Shown: positions 1-9,583, counted from the first letter of the stretch. The stretch: DNA of 57,562 nucleotides from a virus (IMGVR_UViG_3300020021_000179:1-57562), one strand, 5' to 3'. The notes: generated from the sequence alone by a model not told the origin. Numbers and translations: made by a program.

Positions 1-300
1 GATCAGGTTGGGGCTCAGGTTTGGGATCAGGTTGGGGATCAGGTTGGGGCTCAGGTTCGGGATCAGGTTCGGGATCAGGTTTGGGCTCAGGTTGGGGATC
101 AGGTTTGGGCTCAGGTTGGGGCTCAGGTTTGGGATCAGGTTGGGGCTCAGGTTTGGGCTCAGGTTCGGGATCAGGTTGGGGCTCAGGTTTGGGCTCAGGT
201 TTGGGATCAGGTTGGGGCTCAGGTTGTGGCTCAGGTTGGGGATCAGGTTCGGGATCAGGTTCGGGATCAGGTTCGGGATCAGGTTTGGGATCAGGTTCGG
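1..300 (+). repeat. 12-bp coding tandem repeat G(A/C)T CAG GTT (T/C/G)GG, 25 units
   Basis: Directly visible; one unit has GTG. The same repeat occupies 57428-57562. Confidence 0.97.
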
Positions 301-954
301 GAATATATAGATTTTTCTGGCAACGCTAATATTTGGGACTACGGATGGATTTCATTTTATGATTTCTTCCAATCTCTTGGATTAGTAAAATATCCTCAGT
401 TCAATCAGTACAAAGAGCTACTAAAATCTGGCATTTATGACATGATCCAACTCAAGGGATTTTGTATCGTATCAAATCTTCCGGATAAAATAAAACGTGA
501 CAATCAAAACAGACTTCATTGTGACAACGGGTCTGCCATTCATTTCAGAGATGGGTATGAATTATTCTTTTGGCACGGATCGGCTGTTCCGGCTATGTGG
601 ATTATGAACCCAGAGTCCATTACAGAAAAAGATATTAAATCCGAAACAAATGCAGAGAAGCGTCGTGTATTGCGTGAGATAATTGGTGCAGATAAATATT
701 ATGCAATTTTCGGTGGTGTAAGGGTTATTGATGAAGATAAAGACAACCAGGGTAACCAAATGCGCTTGCTGGAAACAAACCAGCCCGATGAACTAATTAA
801 AAAGAAGGTTCAGATACTAGAATGCGTTTGCCCAAGCACCGGAAGAATTTATAATATCTACCCGCCGGATCAGAAATCAAAGAATGTGTGGGGAGCGAAG
901 GCGTCGACTTTTGGGAAAAAACAAAAAGAGTTTAACCCGGCTTACGAATCATAA
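1..954 (+). CDS. DUF6745-like protein, 3' part (continues from 57185 across the window ends)
   Basis: Frame +1 is open from base 1 with (D/A)QV(W/R/G) repeats, then [39 protein letters not shown] and CPSTGRIY. The GTG start at 226 is an artefact of the break. Confidence 0.8.
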   Translation, partial: DQVGAQVWDQVGDQVGAQVRDQVRDQVWAQVGDQVWAQVGAQVWDQVGAQVWAQVRDQVGAQVWAQVWDQVGAQVVAQVGDQVRDQVRDQVRDQVWDQVREYIDFSGNANIWDYGWISFYDFFQSLGLVKYPQFNQYKELLKSGIYDMIQLKGFCIVSNLPDKIKRDNQNRLHCDNGSAIHFRDGYELFFWHGSAVPAMWIMNPESITEKDIKSETNAEKRRVLREIIGADKYYAIFGGVRVIDEDKDNQGNQMRLLETNQPDELIKKKVQILECVCPSTGRIYNIYPPDQKSKNVWGAKASTFGKKQKEFNPAYES

Positions 955-980
955 TATACTCGAAATCAAAACGCATAACC

Positions 981-1277
981 ATGTTAATCAAAAAAAAGAC
1001 CGTAACCACAGAACAATTTGATGTCATCCTTCAGACGCCCGCTTACTTTAAGAAAAAGACGGCTGATATATTTTACGCCATCACGGAGGACAATATCATG
1101 TGCATCATTGGGGATTCTCATATAAGTACAAAAACCACAAAATCATATTTCTGGGATTCCGAGCTGAATGAGGCCATTTCACATGAGCAATCAACGGAAG
1201 CCGAATTCCTTGCGGCTTATGTTGCTGCCCGGGCGAAGACGGAATATTCATTACCTGAAACCATATCACATGCCTAG
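981..1277 (+). CDS. hypothetical protein
   Basis: 98-aa ORF with AT-rich leader in the early operon. Confidence 0.6.
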   Translation: MLIKKKTVTTEQFDVILQTPAYFKKKTADIFYAITEDNIMCIIGDSHISTKTTKSYFWDSELNEAISHEQSTEAEFLAAYVAARAKTEYSLPETISHA

Positions 1278-1375
1278 AATCGGAAATACCTACTATCCGG
1301 ACGACCCGTTGCCGAAGAAGGAATGGGAATCCTATATCGAAAACACCTTATTTGAAATCTTTAAATCTAAGCCCG

Positions 1376-1510
1376 ATGATACAATATTTAAACACCACTC
1401 AGGGAACCATTTTAGGCCTGTTGATAGTCCTCACTTACACGATAGTGATGATGCTGATCGGGGCGTTCATCGGATACCAAATATGCAAGAAAGACAAAAT
1501 TAAAATATAA
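1376..1510 (+). CDS. small membrane protein (44 aa, not in ORF track)
   Basis: MIQYLNTTQGTILGLLIVLTYTIVMMLIGAFIGYQICKKDKIKI: one TM helix plus basic tail; ends 4 nt before the 1515 ATG. Confidence 0.5.
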   Translation: MIQYLNTTQGTILGLLIVLTYTIVMMLIGAFIGYQICKKDKIKI

Positions 1511-1514
1511 CACC

Positions 1515-1769
1515 ATGTCATTCCTCCCGGCCATCCTGATAGTTATCTGTTTCCTGTATATCTGGATTGACTTTGATAACCACAAGGAAGTAAAGAAGCC
1601 AGCGGAGCCGGAGGAAGACGACACCACAAAATTTTATCACACAGACCCATTAACCCATTTCAAACATGAGAAAGTTATTGATGTTATTGCTGACGATCAC
1701 GCTTGTATCGTGCGGGACATTAAGACCGGAATGCTACACGCAAAAGACAGTGAAACAGCAAGGCCCTAA
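1515..1769 (+). CDS. membrane-anchored hypothetical protein
   Basis: N-terminal hydrophobic stretch followed by a charged segment. Confidence 0.55.
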   Translation: MSFLPAILIVICFLYIWIDFDNHKEVKKPAEPEEDDTTKFYHTDPLTHFKHEKVIDVIADDHACIVRDIKTGMLHAKDSETARP

Positions 1770-1818
1770 AAGAGTAAGTTTTTAATCAATAGTTAAGCAA
1801 TAGGATTAAGGTTTAACG

Positions 1819-1846
1819 GGTTGGCTTTTTATCCGACCTAATTTTT
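1819..1846 (+). terminator. possible intrinsic terminator
   Basis: GGTTGG-loop-CCGACC followed by TAATTTTT, intergenic. Confidence 0.3.
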
Positions 1847-1852
1847 AAAATA

Positions 1853-2056
1853 ATGTTCAGCAAAAGAATAAAGGATCTACAGATTGGCGACGAATTTTAT
1901 TTTAGCGCGGTATGGCGAAAAGTAAAAAAGAAAGATGCAAAATTCTTATACTATTATACCGAACAAAAAAGAGATAAGTATAAGCCCTTTTTTGTAAACG
2001 AAGACACCATAATGGTAAACTCTCAAATGATTGTGGAAACTAAAAACGAAGAATAA
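1853..2056 (+). CDS. hypothetical protein
   Basis: 67-aa ORF, IKDLQIGDEFYF small beta-barrel-like start. Confidence 0.55.
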   Translation: MFSKRIKDLQIGDEFYFSAVWRKVKKKDAKFLYYYTEQKRDKYKPFFVNEDTIMVNSQMIVETKNEE

Positions 2057-2081
2057 TTACAAAAACTAAAACGACAATTTT

Positions 2082-2699
2082 ATGATTTTAGCAACGACAA
2101 ACGGAGTCGCGAAGGAGCTGATCCCTGCCGGGAACTATATCGCCCGGTGTTACCAGATGCTTGAAATAGGCACCGTGGAAGAAGCCTACCAGGGAGAAGC
2201 CAAGACTCAGAAGAAAGTCCGTATCGGATGGGAACTTCCTACGGAACTCCGGGTATTCAATACCGAAAAGGGAGAACAACCAATGGTTATCTCTCAGGAA
2301 TATACCCTTTCCATGCATGAGAAATCAAACTTGCGCAAGACGCTGGCTTCATGGAGGGGTAAGGATTTCACGGAAGGTGAAGCGAAGTCCTTCGATATCA
2401 CAAAACTTCTCGGAGCGGCTTGTATGCTCAATATCATCCACCGCCCGGGGAAGACAGATCCGTCAAAAATGTATCAGGCTATTTCCAGCATATCTGCTAT
2501 GCCGAAGGGCGTTACTGCCCCTAAAGCTATCAATAAGCCAGTTATACTTTCCTATGACGGGTGGGATGAAGAATTATTTAATATTCTTCCCGATTTCATC
2601 CGGGATAAAATGAAGGGATCGCAGGAGTATAAACAAATGCAGCATCCGGAATCGGTACAGATGCATCAGGAATTAATTGATGATGGACTTCCTTTCTGA
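2082..2699 (+). CDS. phage SSB-like protein (NGO0469-type family)
   Basis: PAGNYIARCYQMLEIGT, YTLSMHEKSNLRKTLASWRG, FDITKLLG, and SSB-type acidic tail DDGLPF. Confidence 0.7.
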   Translation: MILATTNGVAKELIPAGNYIARCYQMLEIGTVEEAYQGEAKTQKKVRIGWELPTELRVFNTEKGEQPMVISQEYTLSMHEKSNLRKTLASWRGKDFTEGEAKSFDITKLLGAACMLNIIHRPGKTDPSKMYQAISSISAMPKGVTAPKAINKPVILSYDGWDEELFNILPDFIRDKMKGSQEYKQMQHPESVQMHQELIDDGLPF

Positions 2700-2968
2700 T
2701 GATCATAGCAACGAGTGATATCATTGATTTAACGCCACTGGTTCCAAACAGTACCTGGAACTACATAGAATCGCTTTTAGAAACATCGGTTTTGGATGAA
2801 CGGCAAAGAAAATACTTTATGATGGATATTGAAGATATAGACGAAGCCGGTGCAGAGAAGGCGATTCTTTACCTACTTACCAATCAGCAGAACCCGGTAA
2901 CAGAGCGCGGAGCATATAAGGCAACAGAATTATCGAAATTTTTAAAAAAGAAATGCCATGAGGACTAA
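2699..2968 (+). CDS. hypothetical protein
   Basis: Coupled ORF (stop/start overlap). Confidence 0.55.
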   Translation: MIIATSDIIDLTPLVPNSTWNYIESLLETSVLDERQRKYFMMDIEDIDEAGAEKAILYLLTNQQNPVTERGAYKATELSKFLKKKCHED

Positions 2969-3362
2969 TGGACAGATCATGTCGGAGTTAACGGAGATTA
3001 ACAACTTTCTCATGAAAGGTATTCCAAGTGCTGATATATCTCAGATGCTTCAGACATTAAGCGCCCTGGTAACCTATCTAGCAAGCACTGCTGCCCTTAT
3101 CAATGAGGCGTCCGCTCTTTACCAGTATACGAAGATGGTAGCCTACAACAGCATTAAAAACACTGTAGACGCATCCGGGAAAACAAAGCCCGCATCCCTG
3201 ATCCGGGAATATGTCAACGCCAGGTGTTGGGATGAGGGTTCAACGTATGAATTTTCAACAAGGGTAAACGCGGCGGTAACGCATACGATAGAAGCGGTCA
3301 GGACGAGTATTTCGGCAGAGAAAAGTTTAAACCAGGCTATGGGCTATAGTCAGACACGATAA
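2958..3362 (+). CDS. helical protein, possibly UvsY-like recombination mediator
   Basis: All-helical pattern ending AVRTSISAEK, near the SSB-like gene; function is inference. Confidence 0.4.
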   Translation: MRTNGQIMSELTEINNFLMKGIPSADISQMLQTLSALVTYLASTAALINEASALYQYTKMVAYNSIKNTVDASGKTKPASLIREYVNARCWDEGSTYEFSTRVNAAVTHTIEAVRTSISAEKSLNQAMGYSQTR

Positions 3363-3386
3363 AATGGTAGAATCAAAATAAAAAAC

Positions 3387-3623
3387 ATGAAAGTAGGAAG
3401 GCCGTCATTGCCGGGTACTTCGGAGAGACTGGAATTCATATCCGCCAATCAGGGACTTTCTGTCAGGGAAATGAGCGTAGAGCTTCAGATCAGTGAACCT
3501 CGGGTATGGAATCTGATCAAACGGTATAAATTAAATCATGGTGGACATAGGAAGTTATCTAAAATCCTTCCCCCTCAAATCAAATATTTCAATATCTATT
3601 CACGCGCTAATTGGTTAATCTAA
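3387..3623 (+). CDS. small HTH DNA-binding protein
   Basis: LSVREMSVELQISEPRVWNLIKRY helix-turn-helix pattern. Confidence 0.6.
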   Translation: MKVGRPSLPGTSERLEFISANQGLSVREMSVELQISEPRVWNLIKRYKLNHGGHRKLSKILPPQIKYFNIYSRANWLI

Positions 3624-3624
3624 A

Positions 3625-4053
3625 ATGGGACTGGCAGAAATAAGGGCTATTAAAAAAATGGACGGTTTATATAACGGCGAAGTGGCTACGGCAAAGGTTG
3701 TGGCTTCACTTCTGCCTAAAGTAAAAAAACCTATTGCCAAACAATCAGCCAAGGCTAAGGCAAAAATAGTTGAGGATAAGGAAGTTTTTAATCAGGATAA
3801 AATATTCTATGCTGAGATATGGGCTGCTTCTCCGCATAAATGCGAAGCTTGCAAGGCCAATTTAGGGAAGGAACCGTTAACAACCTTTTTTCATCATGCA
3901 CTTCCTAAATCATTATATCCTGCCTTCAGGCATACTTATGAAAACATAATAATTCTTTGCCCGGCTTGCCATAATCAGACGGAAAATAATTTAGAAAAAA
4001 TTCCTTACGTTAAAAAACGTGTCTATCAGATCAAGAAACAACTTTTAGATTAA
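3625..4053 (+). CDS. HNH endonuclease (NinG/Rap-like)
   Basis: CEAC, HHALPK, NIIILCPACHN. Confidence 0.75.
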   Translation: MGLAEIRAIKKMDGLYNGEVATAKVVASLLPKVKKPIAKQSAKAKAKIVEDKEVFNQDKIFYAEIWAASPHKCEACKANLGKEPLTTFFHHALPKSLYPAFRHTYENIIILCPACHNQTENNLEKIPYVKKRVYQIKKQLLD

Positions 4054-4057
4054 TAAT

Positions 4058-4639
4058 ATGGAAAACCAATCGTTAGTTCTACGCGATAAAATCAAAAATG
4101 AATTATTGCAAATCAAAACCGTAGAGGAAGGGGTTACGCATCTCAATAGGTTAAATACAATTGAGGTCTGGGTCAAATCAGAAAAGAAGGATGCAGAGCT
4201 TCAAAATATTATTGCTGAACAGAAACTCCGGACACAACGGATATTGGGCAATCTTCTGAAAGAAACCGAATTAGATAAAGGAGGTAGACCTATAACCGGT
4301 AACCTACAGGAACCGGTTAATCCGACTCTTTCTAAAATCGGCATTAATAAAAAGCAATCTTCCACATTCCAGCAAATAGCTTCCATTCCGGAAGATGATT
4401 TTGAAGAATTTATTGCCGAGAAAAAAGAAGCTGTAAATAATGCCGTTGCCGAATTGACCACGACCGGAGCCGTTCGGCTTGCCAAATCCATAAAGCAACA
4501 ACGCGAGGATCTCCATGTCGTAACGGGGATTAATGAACGGCTGAGTATTGAAAAGGAGCTGAAAGAACTTGCCAATTCCATCAATTTAAAATACACCAAA
4601 GACCAAAGAATTTTATTCGTTCGTTTCATTAAAATTTAA
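4058..4639 (+). CDS. hypothetical protein resembling the N-terminal module of phage adenine methyltransferases
   Basis: KLRTQRILGNLL, TLSKIGINKKQSSTFQQIASIPEDDFEEFI; no catalytic MTase motifs. Confidence 0.45.
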   Translation: MENQSLVLRDKIKNELLQIKTVEEGVTHLNRLNTIEVWVKSEKKDAELQNIIAEQKLRTQRILGNLLKETELDKGGRPITGNLQEPVNPTLSKIGINKKQSSTFQQIASIPEDDFEEFIAEKKEAVNNAVAELTTTGAVRLAKSIKQQREDLHVVTGINERLSIEKELKELANSINLKYTKDQRILFVRFIKI

Positions 4640-4655
4640 AATAAAAACAACAGTT

Positions 4656-5513
4656 ATGAATCCAAGCACAATGACCGCCCCGTCTAACGGGCATGCAAAA
4701 AAAGTCAATATCGAATTTCCGGTGCCCACAAAAAAGGGTAAGGATACCAAGGGGGATATTGTATTCCAGGTTTTCAAGACTTTTAATTATGACATGTTCA
4801 ATATCATGTCCAGTAACCGAAACATCAACCTAAACCATGTGAGCCGGCTGGTTGATTCCTTCAAGCAAAAACATCTGGTTTCTCCCATTATTGTAAATGA
4901 AAAATTTGAAGTGATTGACGGCCAGAATCGTCTTGAGGCCAGTATTCAAACAGGGATGCCGATTCTTTACATCGTTGTTCCGGGTTACACCATTGATGAG
5001 GTTGTAAAATATAATGTCAACCAAAAGAACTGGCTTAAAATGGACTATCTCCATTCTTTTTGCGCTCAGGGAAAAAGGAATTACTTGGAGTTCAAGGAAT
5101 TTATGGACCACTTCCCCGATTTCCAGATCAAGGCTGCGGAAAGGATTATTGGCCTTCGGAGTGGAGCGAGTGCGAATCGTAAGGTTATTAACGGTAAGGA
5201 AGTTCAGATGAAGGATTTTGAAAATGGTAAACTGGTAATACCGAATATTACCAAATCATATATCATCGCCCGCAGGATTATGGACTTCAAACCATTCTTC
5301 GCAAATTTCAATACACCCACGTTCATTTCAACGCTCGTCCCGCTCCTTTATAAAAGCAAGGTTTATGATCATAAGGAAATGCTTCATAAACTCAACAATT
5401 GCCCTATACGGCTTACGGACTGCGTGAACGTGGCCGCTTACCGGATGCTCCTGGAAGATATTTATAACTACAAAAGACAAAAGGATAATAAGGTATCCTT
5501 CAAATACGAATAA
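4656..5513 (+). CDS. ParB/Srx N-terminal domain protein
   Basis: NRNINLNHVSRL, PIIVNEKFEVIDGQNRLEA (variant of DGxHR). Confidence 0.75.
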   Translation: MNPSTMTAPSNGHAKKVNIEFPVPTKKGKDTKGDIVFQVFKTFNYDMFNIMSSNRNINLNHVSRLVDSFKQKHLVSPIIVNEKFEVIDGQNRLEASIQTGMPILYIVVPGYTIDEVVKYNVNQKNWLKMDYLHSFCAQGKRNYLEFKEFMDHFPDFQIKAAERIIGLRSGASANRKVINGKEVQMKDFENGKLVIPNITKSYIIARRIMDFKPFFANFNTPTFISTLVPLLYKSKVYDHKEMLHKLNNCPIRLTDCVNVAAYRMLLEDIYNYKRQKDNKVSFKYE

Positions 5514-5577
5514 TTTTTGTTTTTAATCCGTCCATTATTTTTTATCCGCACCTTATAAATGTGAAAGCGATATCCGA

Positions 5578-6297
5578 ATGGCCAAAGATCCAGCGTTTTT
5601 GTTTTACCCGGGAGATTATTTGAGAGATACACAATGTTTAAGCGAGCATGTTCAGGTTGCTTACGACCGTATCATATGTGAACATATGAGGAACATATGT
5701 ATAAGACAGGACCAGCTCAATTTCTTCACAAAACGATTCACCGAGGAGCAAAAAAACGAATTGATGATGGTGCTGGAAAAAAAAGATGATGGATTTTGTA
5801 TTCCCTGGGTCGCTGAAAGTATCTGTAAACGAAGGGATTATAGCCAGTCGAGGCGTGAAAACAGGGCAGGTAAACACAAGGATCATATGATTGACATATC
5901 TGAAACATATGATTCACATATGGAAAATGCAATTGTAAATGAAGATAAAGATGTAATTAATATAAATGTACCGTTCGAAGATTTTTGGAATGCTTACGAA
6001 AAAAAGGTTGGTGATCAGACTAAGATCGAAAAGAAGTGGAATGCGCTAAAAGACGGGGACAGGTTGCTCATTATGGCTCACCTGCCCAAATACAAACTAT
6101 CCGAACCTCAAAAAAAATTCCGCAAAAATCCGGAAACCTATCTAAACAACAAATCCTGGCTTGACGAAATAATTTCAAACAATGGAACAAATCAGCGAAT
6201 TATTACCGGAAGTAGCAAAACAGCAGGAACTAATGAAGTCCTTGAACGACTTGCCGAAAAACTTGCTGCCAGAGGAAAAACAGATTTTAACTGTTAA
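5578..6297 (+). CDS. replication initiator (lambda O analogue, YdaU/DUF1376-like)
   Basis: MAKDPAFLFYPGDYL N-terminus; FEDFWNAYEKK and KNPETYLNNKSWLDE C-terminal domain; internal iterons. Confidence 0.75.
   Translation: MAKDPAFLFYPGDYLRDTQCLSEHVQVAYDRIICEHMRNICIRQDQLNFFTKRFTEEQKNELMMVLEKKDDGFCIPWVAESICKRRDYSQSRRENRAGKHKDHMIDISETYDSHMENAIVNEDKDVININVPFEDFWNAYEKKVGDQTKIEKKWNALKDGDRLLIMAHLPKYKLSEPQKKFRKNPETYLNNKSWLDEIISNNGTNQRIITGSSKTAGTNEVLERLAEKLAARGKTDFNC
5673..5965. promoter_or_regulatory. putative replication origin (CATATG iterons plus AT-rich tract)
   Basis: CATATG at 5673, 5683, 5694; CATAT(G/C) at 5884, 5895, 5906, 5917 (11-bp period); AT-rich run follows. Confidence 0.6.
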
Positions 6298-6991
6298 GTA
6301 CCAATCCAAATCTTTTGGATCCATGGATACTGATGAGATTGATCTGTGGACGGATTCGGTTATTTTAAAAATCCAGGCTATAACCGGATGGATTATTCCG
6401 GAAAAAAATGTCCTTCTCATCTTCACCGATCAGCTCAAAAAGAAGATAGTAGAATCATATTCAACTGTTAATGTGGATGAAATCGAATACGCATTCAGGC
6501 AATACGGTACGGTTGTAAAAGATTGGGGGAAACAAATGAACCTGTCCCTGATTGACGAAGTAATGATCCCTTACCTGGCTAAACGTTTCGAAATCAGCCG
6601 GATTGAAGAACAGCAAAAAAACAAACTATTGAATAATTCAGAACCAGAAATAACAGATGATCAGCTTTGGGATATAACAGAACTGGCCGTGAAAAAAGGA
6701 GGTTATCCGGTTGATCTGATCCCGCCGGGTCTTTATGACTGGATGGATGTAAATGGGAACATCCTTACCAATAAGGAAGAAAAACATAAATACATGGAAC
6801 GGGCTATCCTTTACCGGCATAGTAAAATAGTGGCTGATTATGAGCGCAATACAACAGACCGATGTTCCCGGACTGCTATGGTTGAGTTTGGCAAGATGCG
6901 TGAGGAAGGCAAATACTCCGGGCCTGAACTGGAAATACTAAAGCAGCTGGCAAAAAATATGGTTGTATTCGATTTAATGATGGCAAGATGA
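6182..6991 (+). CDS. replication-associated protein (possible helicase loader/inhibitor)
   Basis: Overlaps the 3' end of the initiator gene, in the lambda P position; function inferred from synteny. Confidence 0.45.
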   Translation: MEQISELLPEVAKQQELMKSLNDLPKNLLPEEKQILTVKYQSKSFGSMDTDEIDLWTDSVILKIQAITGWIIPEKNVLLIFTDQLKKKIVESYSTVNVDEIEYAFRQYGTVVKDWGKQMNLSLIDEVMIPYLAKRFEISRIEEQQKNKLLNNSEPEITDDQLWDITELAVKKGGYPVDLIPPGLYDWMDVNGNILTNKEEKHKYMERAILYRHSKIVADYERNTTDRCSRTAMVEFGKMREEGKYSGPELEILKQLAKNMVVFDLMMAR

Positions 6992-7332
6992 TTACAGCAG
7001 GCGAAACATATATGGAATTAACAGCTTCTGACATAACAAAAGACGCGCTTATCATCCTGCAATCCAGGAACTGCAAAGCGTGGCGACAAAATAACTTAAC
7101 TGTAAGGCACAGGAAGGGCATTGTGAAAAAGGGAGTTAGCGATATTCTTTTTTTCAATAAATCAACGGGACTTTTCGGCGCATGCGAGGTGAAAAAATTA
7201 GGAGATGTATTAAGCGATGATCAGATTATTTTTCTTTCTGAAGTACATGCATCCGGAGCCATTGCCATTATAGCGACTCAATTCAGAGACAAGACAGAGT
7301 TAATTCCTTTTACAGAATATTATAAAGACTAA
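6988..7332 (+). CDS. VRR-NUC / PD-(D/E)xK nuclease
   Basis: WRQNN, KGVSDIL, ACEVKK, LSDDQIIFL. Confidence 0.8.
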   Translation: MITAGETYMELTASDITKDALIILQSRNCKAWRQNNLTVRHRKGIVKKGVSDILFFNKSTGLFGACEVKKLGDVLSDDQIIFLSEVHASGAIAIIATQFRDKTELIPFTEYYKD

Positions 7333-7389
7333 TTCCCTATTCACCCATGCACAAGATAAAACCATGATCCGTCAGATAAAATATGATTT

Positions 7390-7590
7390 ATGAAAGTGAT
7401 TAAAAAAATTCCATCATTATCCCAAGGTGATATTTCAAGATTTTGGAGTTACGTTAATGTATGCTCAGACATGAATAAATGTTGGGAATGGAATAAGACT
7501 TTAAACCCCGGTGGATATGCACAAATGGGCAAACGGTGTTTCCGTAGTGGTGACGACAATGAACGAGCTGTAAAAATAGTATGGAACTAA
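7390..7590 (+). pseudogene. truncated HNH homing endonuclease
   Basis: RFWSYV and CWEWNKTLNPGGYAQM N-terminal motif present; HNH core absent. Confidence 0.55.
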
Positions 7591-8498
7591 ATAAGATAAT
7601 ATTAGGGGATTGCCTGGATGGGTTAAAAGGCCTGCCATATAATAGCGTGGATTGCTGCGTCACTTCACCGCCTTATTTCGGGTTAAGGGATTATGGCCAT
7701 GCCGATCAGTTAGGGCTTGAGGAAACGCCGGATGAATATGTTTCAAATATGGTTAAGGTATTTGGTGAAGTTAAAAGAGTTTTAAAAAAGGAAGGGACTC
7801 TGTGGTTAAACATTGGTGATTCGTATTATGGGTCAGGAAAAGGAGGCGGAGGCTTGAATAATAACGATAAAGGAACAAAAATTAGCAGTTTAAACCAAAA
7901 CAGAAAAGCAGTGCAAGGGCTAAAGGCAAAGGATTTAATCGGTATCCCCTGGATGCTGGCCTTTGCTCTCCGGGCTGACGGATGGTATCTCAGGCAGGAT
8001 ATTATTTGGGCGAAGCCGAACCCGATGCCCGAAAGTGTTACTGACAGGTGTACGAAATCACATGAATATATTTTTATGCTTTCAAAATCGGCAAAGTACT
8101 TCTATGATGCGGAATCTATAAAAACAGCCATGACTGGAAGCGATCACGATAAGAGGATGCGCGTTAGTATAAAAAGATTCCCTACTGATATGATTAATGG
8201 CATACGCTGCGCAAACGATGTAATCCGAGAAATGGCAAACAAGCGAAGTGTATGGACTGTTAACCCCAGACCCTATTCAGAAGCCCATTTCGCCACGTTC
8301 CCGGAACGGTTGATAGTTGACTGCATAAAAGCCGGATGCCCCGAGAATGGGCTTGTATTGGATCATTTCATGGGATCCGGAACTACGGCACTGGTAGCGC
8401 GAAAGCTGAACAGAAACTTTATCGGGTTTGAACTGAATCCGGAGTATATAGAAATCGCAGAGAAAAGACTGAAAAAAGAATTGGGAATGTTTCTATAA
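7581..8498 (+). CDS. orphan site-specific DNA methyltransferase (N4C/N6A family, beta order)
   Basis: TSPPY catalytic motif, HFATFP, VLDHFMGSGTT SAM motif; no cognate restriction gene recognised. Confidence 0.93.
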   Translation: MELNKIILGDCLDGLKGLPYNSVDCCVTSPPYFGLRDYGHADQLGLEETPDEYVSNMVKVFGEVKRVLKKEGTLWLNIGDSYYGSGKGGGGLNNNDKGTKISSLNQNRKAVQGLKAKDLIGIPWMLAFALRADGWYLRQDIIWAKPNPMPESVTDRCTKSHEYIFMLSKSAKYFYDAESIKTAMTGSDHDKRMRVSIKRFPTDMINGIRCANDVIREMANKRSVWTVNPRPYSEAHFATFPERLIVDCIKAGCPENGLVLDHFMGSGTTALVARKLNRNFIGFELNPEYIEIAEKRLKKELGMFL

Positions 8499-8542
8499 CA
8501 GCCCAACAATCAATGTTTTAACACCCAGATAAAAAACAAACC

Positions 8543-9196
8543 ATGAAAATAAAATTGCAAATTAAGAACAGGTTCACCGGATCTATCATCTTCGAATATG
8601 AAAAGGAAGATAATACCATTAAGGAGACGGTAGTGGAGGCTATAAGCAAGCGAGCCGATTTGCAGGGAGCCAATTTGCGGGGAGCCAATTTGCGGGGAGC
8701 CGATTTGCAGGGAGCCAATTTGCGGGGAGCCGATTTGCAGGGAGCCGATTTGCAGGGAGCCGATTTGCGGGGAGCCAATTTGCGGGGAGCCGATTTGCGG
8801 GGAGCCGATTTGCAGGGAGCCGATTTGCGGGGAGCCAAAGATGCCGACTATGCCATAGCTATGACCAGAATATGCGCCGAAGGGGATATCATTGGGTATA
8901 AAAAAGCCATCAGTCCGGAAGGAGATGTGGTGATAGTCGAATTGTTGATCCCATCCACCGCCAAGCGAAACAATGCCTTTGGAAGGAAATGCCGGGCGGA
9001 ATACGCGACCGTTATGGAAATTAATAAGATTGACGGCATAGCAGTCAAGGCAGCCAAATCACAGCACGACGGAACCTTCAAATACGAGATAGGTGATACG
9101 ATCAGACCGTCAAAGCCCTATGACGAAGATTTCCAGAACGAATGCTCTTCAGGAATCCATTTTTTCATAACTAAGCTGGAGGCGATAAACTATTAA
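8543..9196 (+). CDS. pentapeptide repeat protein with DUF5758-like C-terminal domain
   Basis: 12 x A(D/N)L(Q/R)G, then [23 protein letters not shown]. Confidence 0.9.
   Translation: MKIKLQIKNRFTGSIIFEYEKEDNTIKETVVEAISKRADLQGANLRGANLRGADLQGANLRGADLQGADLQGADLRGANLRGADLRGADLQGADLRGAKDADYAIAMTRICAEGDIIGYKKAISPEGDVVIVELLIPSTAKRNNAFGRKCRAEYATVMEINKIDGIAVKAAKSQHDGTFKYEIGDTIRPSKPYDEDFQNECSSGIHFFITKLEAINY
8654..8836 (+). repeat. 15-bp coding tandem repeat GCC (G/A)AT TTG C(A/G)G GGA, 12 units
   Basis: Directly visible. Confidence 0.95.
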
Positions 9197-9205
9197 ACCT
9201 AATTT

Positions 9206-9583
9206 ATGAACCAGGAACAACAGGCAAGGGAAGCAGCAGTAAAGTACATGAACGAAACCGGCAATAATTGTCCAACATGCTTCATCGCCGGCTGGAACGC
9301 CCGTCCGGGTTTGGTATGGGTCAAGGCATCAGATCGGTTGCCGGAAATAGATAAGTTAGTTTGTATGCGCGGGGATGGCGGTGGTTGCTATCACTACGAG
9401 ACAGCGGATAGATCCATGTTAATTCAAAGACTGAAAGACGACGAAGGTGTTGATCATAAATATAATCCCGAATGGCTGTCGCAACAAGAAATTGATTTTC
9501 AACACAACCAATTAGAAAATTTAGGGCGGCAAATAGGATTTCTCAAAGCAATCTCTTGGCTCCAATCAAGGATGGGGAAGTGA
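9206..9583 (+). CDS. hypothetical protein with DUF551-like WVKASDRLPE motif
   Basis: Modular phage accessory protein (EAAVKY, FIAGW, W+..S+RLPE). Confidence 0.55.
   Translation: MNQEQQAREAAVKYMNETGNNCPTCFIAGWNARPGLVWVKASDRLPEIDKLVCMRGDGGGCYHYETADRSMLIQRLKDDEGVDHKYNPEWLSQQEIDFQHNQLENLGRQIGFLKAISWLQSRMGK

Noticed and set aside
1-300. Terminal repeats as CRISPR array, telomere or packaging DTR
   Set aside because: No spacers; units are contiguous, in frame and inside a gene.
8-329. ORFs 8-310 (GLRFGIR...) and 21-329 (GSGWGSG...)
   Set aside because: Alternative frames of the stop-free 12-bp repeat; only the QV frame connects to conserved domains on both sides.
7581-8498. Complete restriction-modification system
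   Set aside because: Neighbouring nucleases are a VRR-NUC and a truncated HNH, not a recognisable cognate restriction enzyme.
8518-8838. Minus-strand APRKS repeat ORF
   Set aside because: Antisense shadow of the pentapeptide repeat.
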